A DNA stretch of 64,000 bases, taken from NCBI GenBank assembly GCA_001949185.1, contig BDGG01000002.1, positions 8,913,990 to 8,977,989 of the forward strand, written 5' to 3'. The position numbers and the translations under genes were made by a program. Positions 27,826 to 41,500 of this stretch are shown piece after piece (the stretch's first letter is position 1; every line of letters begins with the position of its first letter). The notes below the pieces were generated by a model, which saw nothing but the letters and a program-made list of their open reading frames with translations, did no database searches and was not told the origin of the DNA. This DNA comes from Ramazzottius varieornatus (taxonomy: Eukaryota > Animalia > Tardigrada).

Positions 27826-29011
27826 TCTCGACGGGATAACAATGACGGAGAACTCTTTCGGTAGTGACACGTTCCAAGCTCGAGCTTGAAGACCAAACGC
27901 GAACAATCTGGCTCGTTCGTCCGCGACAGTGCACCAGCCCAATTAATTTCCAAAGAACGGCGTGCGAGGTGCGACGGCGAGTCTGCCAGGCAGACCTTGG
28001 GGCTTTCGGGGCCTTAGTACCAAACGACTCTTGGTCTCTCGACGATTTTTCCCTTCACGCCCAGAAGTTCAGGAAAGGAGGCGACTCAGAGTTGACGACG
28101 GAGGGATCAGATAAACTTGTAAGATCTTCGAGAAATTTAAATCGGACTTTTGAATTTTAATTTTTTTGCTATGACATCGTTTCTGCACCATATCAATGGA
28201 ATGCCACAATTCCACTTTGCATTTCGGATACGAGGTTGTGATAGTACAGTGGCCCGAAGTTACTGTAAACCGGATGCTTACACACTCGTACAGTACGAGT
28301 GTACAGTACGGTCAAGACGGTAGAGCGGTAGCTGGTAGCCTGGTACGGCAAGTTGGTAACCGATTTCCGTTTCATTTTTTCTTGGTTTAAAGTTTATACC
28401 GTTCATTTGTATTGAACGTGGATTTATTCATGAGTTTTATATTTTTCGTTCTCGAGATGTGTTTTCCATAAGCGTCCTTTGGGTCCGTTCTTCATGTTTT
28501 GGTCGTTGATTTATGCTGTGTACTCGTAGTAGTGAAAGCGTAAACGTCGTGCTGCGTGGGCTAGACAAGGTACACAAAGTGACACATCTGCAGCGTCGTC
28601 CGCGGAACTCCAGCAGTACTATCGACAGTATATACGTCTGATTCAATGTTGATCTAGTGGAAGGCTCCACTTGTTTCTGAAAGAGTCGACAGGCTGTTCG
28701 GGAGAAGAACTGGTGCAGGTGAGCTGAAGCTCGAAGGCGAGCGATACCATTCAGTATAATTATTCTGTCTGTGGATCTATTGTTGGCGCCTCTCTAACTC
28801 CAGTGCTCGTTACAGTTACCTCAGTGACCAGTACGACGAGAGAATTCCTCACCTGTTGACGACGATCCACCACAAGGATGGCTAGCAGCTGTTGGAACTG
28901 AGGAAGGCTAACCGAGGGTATGGCATGAGGACACTATCCCGGACGAAAGATCGTTGATGACCGAGAGTCAATGATGTTATGGGCGATTGCCATCGTCTTC
29001 CCTTTGATTAA
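27826..29011. promoter_or_regulatory. Divergent CNOT4/ATP11 upstream region (putative bidirectional promoter plus 5' UTRs)
   Basis: Head-to-head start codons ~1.2 kb apart; contains the palindrome ACACTCGTAC-A-GTACGAGTGT at 28282-28302. Confidence 0.45.
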
Positions 29012-32000
29012 ATGCGGTGGTATCGTTGGGTTGCTGTCAAACTTGTAAGTGCAGACCCTTGATACACTAAGTTACCCATCAGGGAATGTTAGTCTATATA
29101 ATGATTAACGTTTCTCTTCAGGGTCTGCTTGCCGCGCCAGTCTCCAGTACTTATCGTTCGGTCCATATTAACCATCATGAGCCTCTGGAGGAACCTCAAG
29201 TCTTCCCCGACAATCGCATTGTCTCCTCCAAGGTGAGCGCTCTCTTTACATTTTACACATTCCTGACAGTGTTATCCGCCATTGACTATTTTCGTTGCGG
29301 CATCCTGCCTTAGCGTAACGGGCCTGATGAATTCATGGTTAATGCTTCGTCGGTTGTCCTTATGTAATTTCGATGTCTGATGTAAAGCGACGAGCAGCGA
29401 TCGAATTTCTACCGATTTGATGGTGAACGTTGACTGTTCATGGGAGATCGATAGTCCATTCAAGTACCTGTTGTTGGTAATTGCATTCCTATGGAGGGAA
29501 ATCCGCAGTTTCATTCTGCAAGACAGCGACCAGCACTCCCCCTTCTCCTTTTGTTGTCCCAATCGATTTGACGGCCCAGAAGCCGCGTTTTACATAGCAG
29601 GGGCTAATATGAGGTTTGTGCTTGCAGTATACGGCATGGGACTTTCTGCCCAAAAATTTGTTCGAACAATTTCGCCGCATTGCCAACTTTTACTTCCTTT
29701 GCGTCAGCATCATTCAGGTACGTTTGAATGCTCACCGCACTGCGTAATTTGGCCTTCGGGCGTCAAATGTTACGGAAATATTCCAGGCCTGTCGCTATTT
29801 AATGGCTCTTGGTGACTCAGTATGGAGTACATCACGTAGCACTGTGTTTTGTAGTTGAGCATCGACAGTCCAGTAAGTCCGGTGACGTCGATTGCCCCGC
29901 TGATCTTTGTGGTGGCAGTGACGGCCATCAAGCAAGCCTACGAAGACTGGCTACGCCACAAGTCGGACCTGCAAGTTAACAATCGCGCTGTTCGGGTCCT
30001 CCGCAATGGACAGCTGGCTCGTATCAAGGCAAAAGATGTCCAGGTATCATCGATACATCCTTCAGTCCAGTAGTTGGAATTTATGCCTTAAGGGAAATGG
30101 TGTACTTCAGGTGGGGGATATTGTCTACGTGGTGGACGAGCACAAGTTTCCCTGCGATCTAATCATGCTGTCATCCAGCAACGAGGATGGTTAGTTGATA
30201 TCCAGAGTTGTTCAAAGTGTCAGTTAATATTTTGCCCAAACGATATTCGGCTATAGGTCGCTGCAATGTCACTACGGCCAATCTGGACGGAGAGACCAAC
30301 TTAAAGGTACGTTGGTGTACAGCCTTGTGTATCGGGCTGTGACTAATGGACAGAGCGTGTATTGGCGTCCCGGAAGTAACGCCACGCAGCCGATGAATGG
30401 CTTAGATTTTATGAGCGCTTTTATGTTGGTTTAGCCCAGCCTTGAACATGGAAGGTGTGTGTCGTAACGCGTCGGCCGTGTTTATGACGGTGGTTGATGA
30501 TTGTTATTGCAGGTTTTCCAGTGTGTTCCTGACACTCGCTCATACCAGACACCGGAAGCGCTGACGACGTTGCACGCCACTATCCAGTGCGAACAACCCA
30601 CTTCCGATCTCTACTTGTAAGCGTACAATTTACAGTTGTTCGATCCGTATAATTATGAGGTTTTATCGGGCTGACGGCTGACTGTTTATTGCGGTTGATG
30701 TAGGTTCCGTGGACGGTTGCATTTACACGGCGAAGGAGGTTCGGCCGTTGGTGATGGCGCAAGTAATCCGCTGCGCTCTCGTGTTATCAGTTTGAACCAA
30801 CAGAACCTGCTGCTGAACGGCGCCCGTCTCAAGAACACTCGCTTCATCTATGGCTGTGCTGTCTATACTGGCCAGGAAACCAAGATGGCCATCAACTCGG
30901 TCTATCAAGGGAAGAACAAGTGGAGCACCATCGAGAAGGGCATGAACAAGTTCCTGGCCTTCTTCCTGGTGGTCCTCCTCAGCGAAGTGGCGCTGTGTAC
31001 CGGCCTCAAGTACTGGATGGCCGGTCGGCCTTCCGGTCGTCCTTGGTACAACCCTAGTGCAGCCACCACCAACATCACGGTACGTTACTGATGATTAGCT
31101 ACAATGGCGCACCGCCAGTCTTAAATTGACGAGTACGTCTTTATCCATTAGGCTAAAGGCGTCGTACAAGACTTGTTCGCTTTCCTGGTACTCTTCAACT
31201 ACATTATCCCCATCTCACTGTATGTCACCATCGAGATGCAAAAGTTTCTGGGCGCGCGCTTTTTGGCCTGGGACGGTGATTTGTACGACAAGGAGCGCAA
31301 TCTGCCTTGCAAAGTCAACTCCTCCGACCTCAACGAAGAACTGGGCCAGGTATCAAAGTGGAGACGGTCTGGTGTGTTTTCTGACCATCTCTAACAGTCA
31401 CCTTTAGTGTGTTATAATGTATTATAGGTGGAATACTTGTTTTCTGATAAGACAGGTATGGCTTAGTCTCTATCATTTGGACCGTAGCAAGTCTAGCCCT
31501 TGATGAGGTTCCTCCTATCTGAAGGCACGCTGACGGAGAACGAAATGATCTTTCGACGATGTTGTGCTGGTTCGCGGCAGTTTGCCGATGTCAATGGGAG
31601 ACTGTTTGAAGTGATAGATGGACAAGTGCAGAGCGCCTTGGTGGACCTTACTGAGGTGAGGTTGGACGCCAAGTGACATATGCTGCCTGCTGGTGGCACC
31701 TATGGTTTGATGGGACAGGCTGGTCCAGCTAATACTGTGGTTTCGTCTTGATGTAGCCGGATGTGATGGCCTTCTTCCAGCTGTTGGTCCTTTGTCATAC
31801 AGTAGAAATCAACGATCCTTCCCTCTTACCGCTGGCTAGTTCGGAAGCCTTGGTGAAAGGCAAAGGTCCCCGGAGGAAAGGGCGGAGCTTTTCCGACGAG
31901 TCGATGCGACTACGGCAGTTGCGGGGCGAAGTGCTGTACGAAGGAGCCAGCCCCGACGAGACGGCGTTCGTCTCGGCCTGCCGCCGTTACGGTGTCGTCT

Positions 32001-34937
32001 TCAAAGCCCACACCAACACCACCTACACCATCAACTACCTGGGCCAAGAAGCTACCTATGAGATTCTACGGGTGCTGGAGTTTGACGCCGACCGCAAGCG
32101 CATGAGTGTCGTCATCCGCACTGGACCTGACACGGTCAAAGTAAGGCTATGTCTTGCTGATGCTGCTGGCAGCTTGCAGAGTTGGTAATGGCGCCACTTG
32201 TCCTTGTAGGTGATGGTCAAGGGGGCCGAGACGTCGGTCCTTCCCCGTTGTATCGCCGGCAACGTGGATGCGGTACAGCGCCACATTGATCATTTCGCTC
32301 AAGAAGGCTTACGGACGCTGGCCATGGGCGAGCGCCTTTTGAGCAACGAGCAGTGGCTGTCCTTTGTGGCCGGCCTCAACGAAGCCAGCAACCTGCTGGT
32401 CGACCGTGAAGTCAAAGTGCGGGAAATGTATGAGCGGCTGGAGAGTGGGCTGACGGTGGTGGGCGCCAGCGGGGTGGAAGATCGACTGCAGGATGGCGTG
32501 CAGGAAACGCTGGAGACGCTGCGGGTGGCCGGCATCAAAACCTGGATCCTGACGGGTGACAAGCAGGAAACAGCCGTCAATGTCAGCTATGCTTGTGGCC
32601 ACTTCAAGAAGAGCATGCAGGTAGTCTTAAAAAGGTCTCCCTGGCCGAAGAGGCATGTCAGCAGAGCCGGCGCGAGGTTTATAAAAGTCCGCACTTTGGC
32701 CCTTTTTCTGCGAAGTTGCATGTCAGGCCCATGCCCGGCACAGCCATGACTGATATTTCGTGAAAACTTCGTAGGAAAAAGGCCCAATTGCGGACCTGTT
32801 TAATACCTCCAGCCGCCTCTGCATGTCAGCATAATATGATGGTGGTATTGTTTAGGCTTTCCAGCTGACCAAGTGCGAAGAAGTCAGCACTTGCGAGACG
32901 CTGCTGCAAACAATGAAGCAGACGATGGCGCTGGAGGGCGACAAGCAGTACTGCCTGACCATCGACGGGCCCTCCCTCAACGTGGCTCAACAGCACCACG
33001 CCGGCCTCCTGCAAGACGTCACCATGGCCTGTGTGGCCGTCCTGTGTTGCCGCATGTCGCCCATCCAGAAGGCCCAAATTGTCAAGATGATTAAAGACTC
33101 ACCCGAGCATCCCGTCACGGCCGCCATCGGTGATGGCGCCAACGATGTCTCCATGATTCAGGAAGCCCATGTGGGCTTGGGTATCTTTGGTAAAGAGGGC
33201 CGCCAAGCGGCTCGAGCTGCCGACTTTTCCTTTGGGCGCTTTCGTATGCTGATGAAAATGTTTATCGTCCATGGCCATTGGTATTACTACCGTGTCTCCA
33301 CCCTTGTCCAGTATTTCTTCTACAAAGTAAGTCTTCGTCTCAAACTTTTGACATGGCACGCGCTACATTAGACCATAACTGTTTTCTTTGCAGAATGTTG
33401 CCTTTATCACACCCCAAGTCTTCTTTGCCTTCTTCTCGGCCTATAGTGAACAGCCCGTCTTCGATCAGGCCTACCTTACACTGTACGTAAGGACTGGTCA
33501 ATTGACAATTGGAAGACGGGAATATGAAATGACCCAGATCATTTTCACAAGTGGCGCACGCTAACGGCCAATAACACTGACAACGTGCGCCACTTACTAC
33601 AGCGATCTGGTTCAGTTCGTTTGCTCAGCTCCCAGTTATCAACAAGTAGGAAAAACAAGGCGTTTGTTTAATCTTGGGACTGTATCACAGATTCAACATC
33701 ATCTTCACCTCACTGCCCATTCTGGCATTTGGCCTGTTCGAGCAGGACATGAGCGCCAGCAGTCTTCTCCAACAACCACAAATATACAGGTCAACTTCAA
33801 GCTTTCCATACTGTCAGCACTTTGTTCTTGCGCCTTCATGGGTATCGATGTTTTTAGTGAGCAGCGGAAGAATGCGCGCTTGTCCAAGAAGGAGTTTGCC
33901 AAATGGATGGCTATCGCTCTGTGGCATGCCGTCGTCTTCTTTTTCGGCTTCTACCTACTGATGGTGCCCAATGGCGGCGCTGTGCTGGACAGTAGTGGCC
34001 AAACGTACGACTTGTGGACTTTTGGCACTGCCGTCTTTACGCTGGTCATTATTGTCGTCAACCTCAAGGTACGACAATCAGCGGTAACTGCCCTTCTTTT
34101 GATAGGAAAGGGCTGGACACTGGCCACTGGCCACAGCCCTAATCCATGTTTTCCATGGCAAAATGGTAGAATAATGGGTAAAGTTGAAGATCAGTTGAGG
34201 TTTGATCAGCTATTTGGCAGCTGTCAAGTTGTGTTGCACAGAATTGGTACGTGTAAAGGGGTTGCTGGTGTGTTGCAGCTGCTGATGTATTCGTCGCACT
34301 GGAACGGCTTTCTGTTGGGGGCGCTGGCCGTCAGCTTTCTGTGCTACGCCACGCTGTCGGTCATCTACAACGCCACCATCTGGAAGGGCTTGGTCAGTCC
34401 CGACATGTACTGGATCTTCTTCAAGATTTGGTGCAATGCCGCCATGCCCTTGAACCTGCTGCTGCTGACGGTGACGGCCCTCATACCCGACCTCATCTGG
34501 CAGGTTAGCCAGAAGACGCAACAGAGACGCCGCCAGCAGGCTGTCTTCAGGCCGCCATCCAACAACCCCCTTAGGCCTCCTCCACCGCCCACCACCAGCT
34601 CGTGCTGCTCCGCCTTCTCCTCTTGTCTCTGGCCTTCACGCGTAAGTCTCCCTAACTGTCAAATTAATCAAGATGGCTTATCTTATCTATGTTGTTGCTG
34701 ACATTGAGCGGGCTACCTTGGCAGAAGAAATGGTTAGGGCACGACAAGTACCAAGTGGATGGCAGAGGAGGGCCACCAAACCCAGCGCTGCAAGTTGTAG
34801 TACGCAGCAAAACTCAGCGCGAAATGCACTACTTTTCCTCACCCAACGGCCAAGCTCACCCCAGCCAACGTGGCTCGTCGCAACAGCAGCAGAATAGTAG
34901 CGCCAAGCTGGTCGCCGTCACTGAAACCAACATTTGA
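29012..34937 (+). CDS. ATP11B: P4-type ATPase phospholipid flippase, ATP11 family
   Basis: Start [11 protein letters not shown]|GLLAAP...[10 protein letters not shown]|[23 protein letters not shown]; [10 protein letters not shown]; [17 protein letters not shown]; intron-split FSDKTG|TLTEN; TGDKQETA; [16 protein letters not shown]; LVQYFFYK. Confidence 0.93.
32662..32821. mobile_element. 160-bp hAT-type MITE in an ATP11 intron
   Basis: CAG...CTG termini, ~55-bp imperfect inverted arms (CAGAGCCGGCGCGAGG...CGAAGTT / AACTTCG...CCGCCTCTG), perfect 8-bp TSD CATGTCAG at 32654-32661 and 32822-32829. Confidence 0.88.
33530..33614. repeat. Intronic hairpin, member of a dispersed TGGCGCA...TGCGCCA family
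   Basis: Perfect 12-bp stem AAGTGGCGCACG (33549-33560) / CGTGCGCCACTT (33584-33595) plus outer stem TGACCCAGATC / GATCTGGTTCA. Related sequence at ~54719-54849. Confidence 0.7.
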
Positions 34938-35598
34938 ATCTGATCAACAGGTTCTTCTTCGTTTCTGGGCTTTCAACGCTAAGGGGTCCATCGTTCACTG
35001 GTATTAGCAGTTGGCGCTGCACTTTTCCTCTTTCGTAAATGGACCTGGTTTTTTTGGTTGTTGTTATTTCTGCTGTTTTTATACACAGTCTAGTGTTCTC
35101 TTCTACCTCATATCCCAACCTCTCGTTGTTTACTAGAGTCTCTCGGTGGTGAGAATCTATCAGAGTTTATTATGGGGAAGGCAGGCAAAGAGCGCTTTGT
35201 CTTGTGGATGACCACTTGTAGCTTTTTATCGAAAGCTGGTTTCCATTGATTCTGTTTACCTGTAGAAGGTCAGATGGTTTTATGCTTTACACTTATTCCT
35301 TGCTGTTAGATATTGCTATTGCTGGCTAAATGTACAAAATCATGTCTGAATTTGAAGAATGAAATACAGTTTATGAAAACTCGAAAGGAACGATCCATAA
35401 GGTTATGGTGAATATCAGCGAACAGACTGTCCTTCAGAACAGAAGGGGCCATCATCACTCTGACAAATATTGTGTCTTGATCTGCTGACCGGTCAAAAAG
35501 CGGAATTGCCTGACAAGGCTTTATGCTGCAGTAGTATCAGCTTCACTAAGTTGGCCAAGGCACTGTAACGGTGGCGGAACTGGCCCACCATCGAAAAG

Positions 35599-38500
35599 TC
35601 ACATCCGTACAACGGCGGGACTTTGCGCGAACAGAACGCCCTGAAAAAAGAAGGCCAAAGTTGGAGGTAATTTTCTAACGAGCAGCGAGCAGAGGCCAAG
35701 AAGTTACCTGGTACATGATACCATTTATTTCCATACTGATGACCAGAGAGCTGTCCATTGAACGACCGTCGCCTGTGGATGATGATAAAAAACCGCCCTG
35801 TATAATAATCGGACAAACCACTGGAAACAAGAGGTTAAAAAGCAGGTCTAACCCCGGCTGGTAATCTTGAAATGAGCGCTGGAGAGACCTAGCGGATGGG
35901 CACTCATTGACATAGGTGCCATCAAGGAAGGCGCTGTTGGTGGCGGGTATTCGTTGGAGAAGCTCTTAACTCTTTTGAGAGGCGGTGGGGACTGCAGGTC
36001 GCGCTGGTATAGGGCTTCGGCGTTGGTCGAAGAAGTCTGGTGGTGAGGCGGCGAGGTGGACGGTGAAGGCGAGCGGGAGCGCGAACGACGACGACCTGAA
36101 CGTTCTTTCAGCGAGGTTTGTGACGAGTACCTCTGACCGTTGGTATAGGCTGGTAATGGCCGCTCATACTTGTCGGAAGTGCCATGACGTTTGCGGTACT
36201 GCGAGTGCTCAGAGTAGCGCTCGGAGCGAGGACGCTCTTGGTGCAGCCGGCGCTGCTCGTACCGTTGCTTCTCCTCTTCCGAATCACTGCGGCCAGAAGA
36301 GCGCTCCTCATCTTCCGATTGATCTGTCCACGTATGGAGATATGGTCCAAATATATGGAAATGACCTACTGTGACTATGAAGTGTGGAACGTTACCTGAA
36401 CGGTGTGGGCGAAAAGATGCGGCAGGGCCGTGAGGGTTCGAAGGGCGTCGCTGGGACTTCTGGCTAGCCACAAGACTACCGTTGACACTGGGATGATGAA
36501 GTAGCGTTCGAGCCGCCGCGGTAGCACTGTGTAGGGCATTGGGCACTGAGCCGCTGCCGCTGTTAGTGATGCCTTTTCCGTTGGGTGTGTGTGGGTGGTC
36601 AGTATCCATGGCGTCGTCACGCTGCAGTGGCGTGGGCGATGTGAAGGGCGCCTCTCCGCGACCCAGGGTCCGTCGTCCTTCGCGCCGGTTGCCATCGATG
36701 GCTGACTGTAGCTCGTCAGGACAACTGAGGTTCAGCTTGTCGCACTCGTAGGGATATAAATACTTCATGTACCTGCAACAAGGGCATGTTGTGCTCAGGA
36801 AGGCTAGTGTGGTTTATTATCGCAGGTTGTCGAACTGAGGCATCCTTACTGGGTTCGCAAAGTAAAAGCCGCGCTGGTGATGGATGAAGGTAGATTGAGG
36901 CCTTTGGTAATTTCCCTCCAAATCTTCTTGTTAATGACTTCGACCAAGCCACCTTTGTGGGTGACTAGCTTGTACAGCTCGTACAAGTCCAAGGTCTGCT
37001 TGGCCATGATGGGGATACGGTTGACGGGAGTTCCTAAAGTACAATTTTCTTTCATCAGTTTTACCGTTTTTGTTGAGTACAGCAATATACGGGGCGATTG
37101 GGTCTTTTGTAGAGTTATGAAAGTTGAACAAAGTGGAGTGCTGCTAAGAAGGTAAATGATGGACGTCGACGGATATGATTACGAGGCTCGGCAGTTTATG
37201 ATGTCGGTAAACATTTGAATATGCGAATTTTCGTAAGAAGTAGTCAAATAAGACATTGCTTGAAGAGCAAGTACGGTCATTCGATAGGAAGGAACTCTTG
37301 AGAAGACGATCAACTTTACGTGACGAATATGATTGTGCGCAACTCAGATCGAGCAAATACTTGACAAGCCGTATACATCGATCGCTGTGCTTTGATTATG
37401 GCCTAACTCGAACACTTCAGTCCAACTTGAAACACGGCCTCCCTATCCAGAAGATATCGGTGAGGAGATGTATTCGGTCGCCTCACAGACCATACCTTTA
37501 TTGGTTTGTACGGATACTTTGGCCCTGCATGGGAGAAATCAAGTGAGAAAAAACTCACCTCGTTTCTGCATAAAGCTGAAAAGGTCGTCGAGGAAGGGTC
37601 GCCGTTTTGGATCGTCAGTCAGTTCGTACAGCTGCAATCAAACAAGATTTCAGCGAAGCAACGTCTCACTTGAGCAACCAAAATTTACTTTAGGAACTTT
37701 ACAGGGAGCGAAACAAAGCAGTTTGCGTTCGACTCAAGGAATTACAGGATGTATAGCTACTATTGTGTGCTTCTTTCAAAGCCGGTTTTGTTTTGTTGGG
37801 CAACGTGTGAGGACAGAGTACTACTGTATACCTTTAAATTTACTGTATAGGGAAAAACCATGCACAGAGCTTGGTTAAATCATTTTCTGGCTTAATTACA
37901 TTCTTAGACGAGAACGATTCATCGAGGAGAATAAAGTCTTGTAAGTTTAATACTGTATGTCCTCATCGGTAGTGGGAGCCAGCTAGCTGGATAGTGTTGC
38001 CTGATACTTTGTGTCGTTGTAAGGTAATCCGTCTGTAGACTGCGGACAGTTACAAGCTGCGATCAGCTTCCTCAACAAACAAGTGTAAGAAGATAATGGC
38101 TGCTTCAATCAAGCAGACCAGGTATGGCTACTGGAGAGAGCGATGGCCAGAATAAAAAGCAGGCTCAATTATCTTCGACAGAGGCAGAGCAAATATGAGA
38201 TGCCGGCAGTGGACGGAATTGCAGCGCATATGCCATCTTTAATGGTCGATGAAAGCAATTAATTCCCGACCATCTCACCTTCCCTTTCTACTCTGTATAA
38301 GAGGGAAGAGGGCAGTGGTATTAACGCCGGCGACAGACGATTGTTATTAATTACGCTGGACGGCGTCGATGCCATCGATCGCCCCATAACCAACAAACTT
38401 CAGCAGCCATCAATTAAGCCAGATTAATCATTCCTCCGCCAAGCCAGAAGAAGTGCCTCCGCCAGACACTTTTACCTTCTGTATAGCCAAGACTATAGTT

Positions 38501-41500
38501 GTTCTTGGTGTACCTACCTACCTTCTTAGCCTTGAAATCTTTCCAAGAAGAGCAGGTGTGTCGCACTGCAGGACGAAAAACTACTGCCTCTCGAATAAAT
38601 GCAGGTAATTATACGGTCCAGACTATATTGGCTCGTTCGCCCGTTTTCCATGAAACTTTTCAAAACCCGTAAAAAGTTTCGTGCCCTACGCGGTACCGCC
38701 AGTTGTTTTCTGTGGTGAAAAGGCAGGTACCTTTGTAGCTTATATTATCAGATATGACTCAGTGGCCTTGAAGATATATAAAGGGTAAAATTAACTTCCT
38801 CGTTGGTTTGTTACTGCCAATACCCTGTTAACTTTCTAATTTTCAGTGACACACATGAAGCCAAGGGATATTGGGGAAGTGGCTGGAGTAGTAATGGTCG
38901 ATAAGTTGCGATGGTTAGCGGTTTTAAATTGATCAGGCTGCCAGCCGGGTTATGATAGGGGCACTTGACAGTTGATACCGGTTTGTACACTTCATCAATG
39001 ACTCGATTACCCTGCTCAGCGACACCTTCTGCACATATATCAGCGTAAACAATGATTAAATGACTTGGTGCATCCGACCATATCGGCGTAATTGACCGGC
39101 GGTGTCAAACAGTATACAGGGCTCCTTGACGGCCTCTACCTCCACGACACTCATGATCAAAATGACGCTTTGGCACAATACGTCATCCAAGACTATCAAA
39201 GCGAAAATAGGCTTTTGGCTGATTTAATGTCCGCTGACGCAAAGAGCCAGTGTGGCTTGTTGCGAGTTGCTGGTATCGAACTGAAATTTTGTAAACCATT
39301 GCTTGTGGTCTAGATGTATGACATCGCTATAGAATGATGTTTGTCGTTGCAGTTGTAGGACTACCTTACTCAAACGAGTAGACTACCGCTAATTCAATCG
39401 TGACGTTGTACAGATGTAGCATGTGGGGAAAGTTGCCCTAACCACGCAGAAAATCAAATAGAACACACTTATGCACGGAACAAACGGTTACGCGGGCTTA
39501 CGCCTGGTCCCCACCTGTAGTGGCCCACCGTCGCATATTTTTTGATGACTGACTAGTGGGAGCTTCAGAAAGATGGATTCCGATCAAGGTATAAGAAGGT
39601 ATATTATATTGAGAGTAATCGTAAAATATCCCTGTAATATCAGGTCTGTAAGTATGACTTAGCGGTTTTTTGAAGGGTAGTTTTGAAAATTTGTATCTCT
39701 GGCCCCCGACAGGATTTCTCGCCTTTTCTTTCTGTGAACAGTAGTGGACACATCAGCCTTTTGTACAAGGTATTGGAAACTCTAATCCGCGCTCTGTGTG
39801 GATTTGTGAAAAAAAATTGTCTCATCACAAATTTTTAAAAGTTTACCTTCATCGGGAATTCCACTTCTTCTAGTCACATTAAGACGGCAAAAAACTTGGA
39901 CGCTGTACCGAACAAAACCTCAGCAAAGACGGTAACCAATGATTGTTTCAGTTGTGTGAAGAACGGTCTCATCCGTAAGTTGGCCAGGTGGGAGAAAACG
40001 CTCCGAAAAGCTACCATCGGACAACACAAAACTACCTGGTTTGAAAGCCGGACAGAAGCAGAACTTTTTGAACTTTAACTATGGATAAAAGATATTTTAA
40101 TCACCTTCCAAAAGCGTTGTTTCTCGTTTTCGTTGAGTAATAACACCGAGAAAATTCGGGAAGCCGTCATCTCCTTAAAGTGGCACACGTCCACAACCGC
40201 AACATCCTACCCCGTCTTGCGCAAAGTTCTTTTCCCAAATTCTCAGAGCATATCATTTGAAGTTTATCTCCTGCAGTTGACAGACCATTTTTAGTACTAT
40301 AGAACCATCCTATCATCTTCCAATTCGAAGTGTGGGTTTCGCATCAAAAGTCTATTAAAGTATCGGGTTCAAATTTAAGTCTCACTGCTTTCCACAATTA
40401 TGTTTTTCCCTGTTCTTACGGTACTCTTTAGATTTTGCTCTTAAGAAATCTACAAGAGTTTGTTGCATCGACAAAACATGAGCCCGGGGTTGCAAGGCTG
40501 TCCACGAAGTCAGAAAATATATTTGATAGTCTTCTGTCACAAACTGCAAAGTCATAATTACAGACCTGATATAAACCTCCATTTCACTCGTTTTTGACAA
40601 AGTGACCTTTAGGGTGTGCGCCCCTAGATTTCTAGGCTGTATGTATGCAATGGTCTTTTTCCCGGAGTATGCAGCACGCTCAGTCTCAGATAAAAGCCAG
40701 GATGAAGTATGGTGGAGCTCGAGGTATGTGGTTAGCGTTTAATTGACTGTGACGAAACGAAAGCTCAATCTGGCCTGCTGAACTTTAGCGAGCTATGCCG
40801 CTATCAAATACCGGTCCTGTAAATACTGCGATGCGGTGCGATGCTTGACTGACACCATGCAAACAAGACGATCAGGTATCACCAATGAATTCGACCAGCC
40901 ATTTCAAGCACTGAATCGCGGATGAACCGTAAACCTGTAAAAGCAATGATGATACGGATTTACAGCGGCCGTGCACGCCCCATTCACCACGCCGATACTT
41001 CTTTGTCCAACGCCATTAATGAAAATTAAAGGAATGAAAACGAGAATCGTCCTTTCTCATACAGCCACTACAATCTTTAACTTTGCGCAACATATTATGA
41101 ATATTACGATCACTCAGCGCTGTGCAACAGATGCGTCCGCGGCAATTATAAGCGATGCTGTGCTGATTGAGTGCAGATCTTCCTTTATATCATTCTATCC
41201 TTATATGCCCATGACGACGTCAGCCAGCCTAGCTATGCAGCAGTTTGCATGTTAAATTTAGATCAACATGCTGCTAGTGGTTTATAATGTTACATCGCAG
41301 AGTAGCAGAATGTAGCGACTGAACGATATCAGGGAGGCCGAACAGCCTTATTACAGCGTATAAACAAGCCGATATAAATATAAGCAGGCAACTGTTGCTT
41401 CCCATGTTTACTGATCAAATACTTGTCACAGACTTTGCTACACAGAAGTTAGTCGCGTTGCGAACTGAAGAACCACCAGCACCGGGTCGGCACTCCGCAC

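Noticed and set aside
34068-34278. Stop-free in-frame ATP11 intron and a possible 5-nt micro-exon
   Set aside because: The downstream intron would be only ~32 nt; the open frame can be chance.
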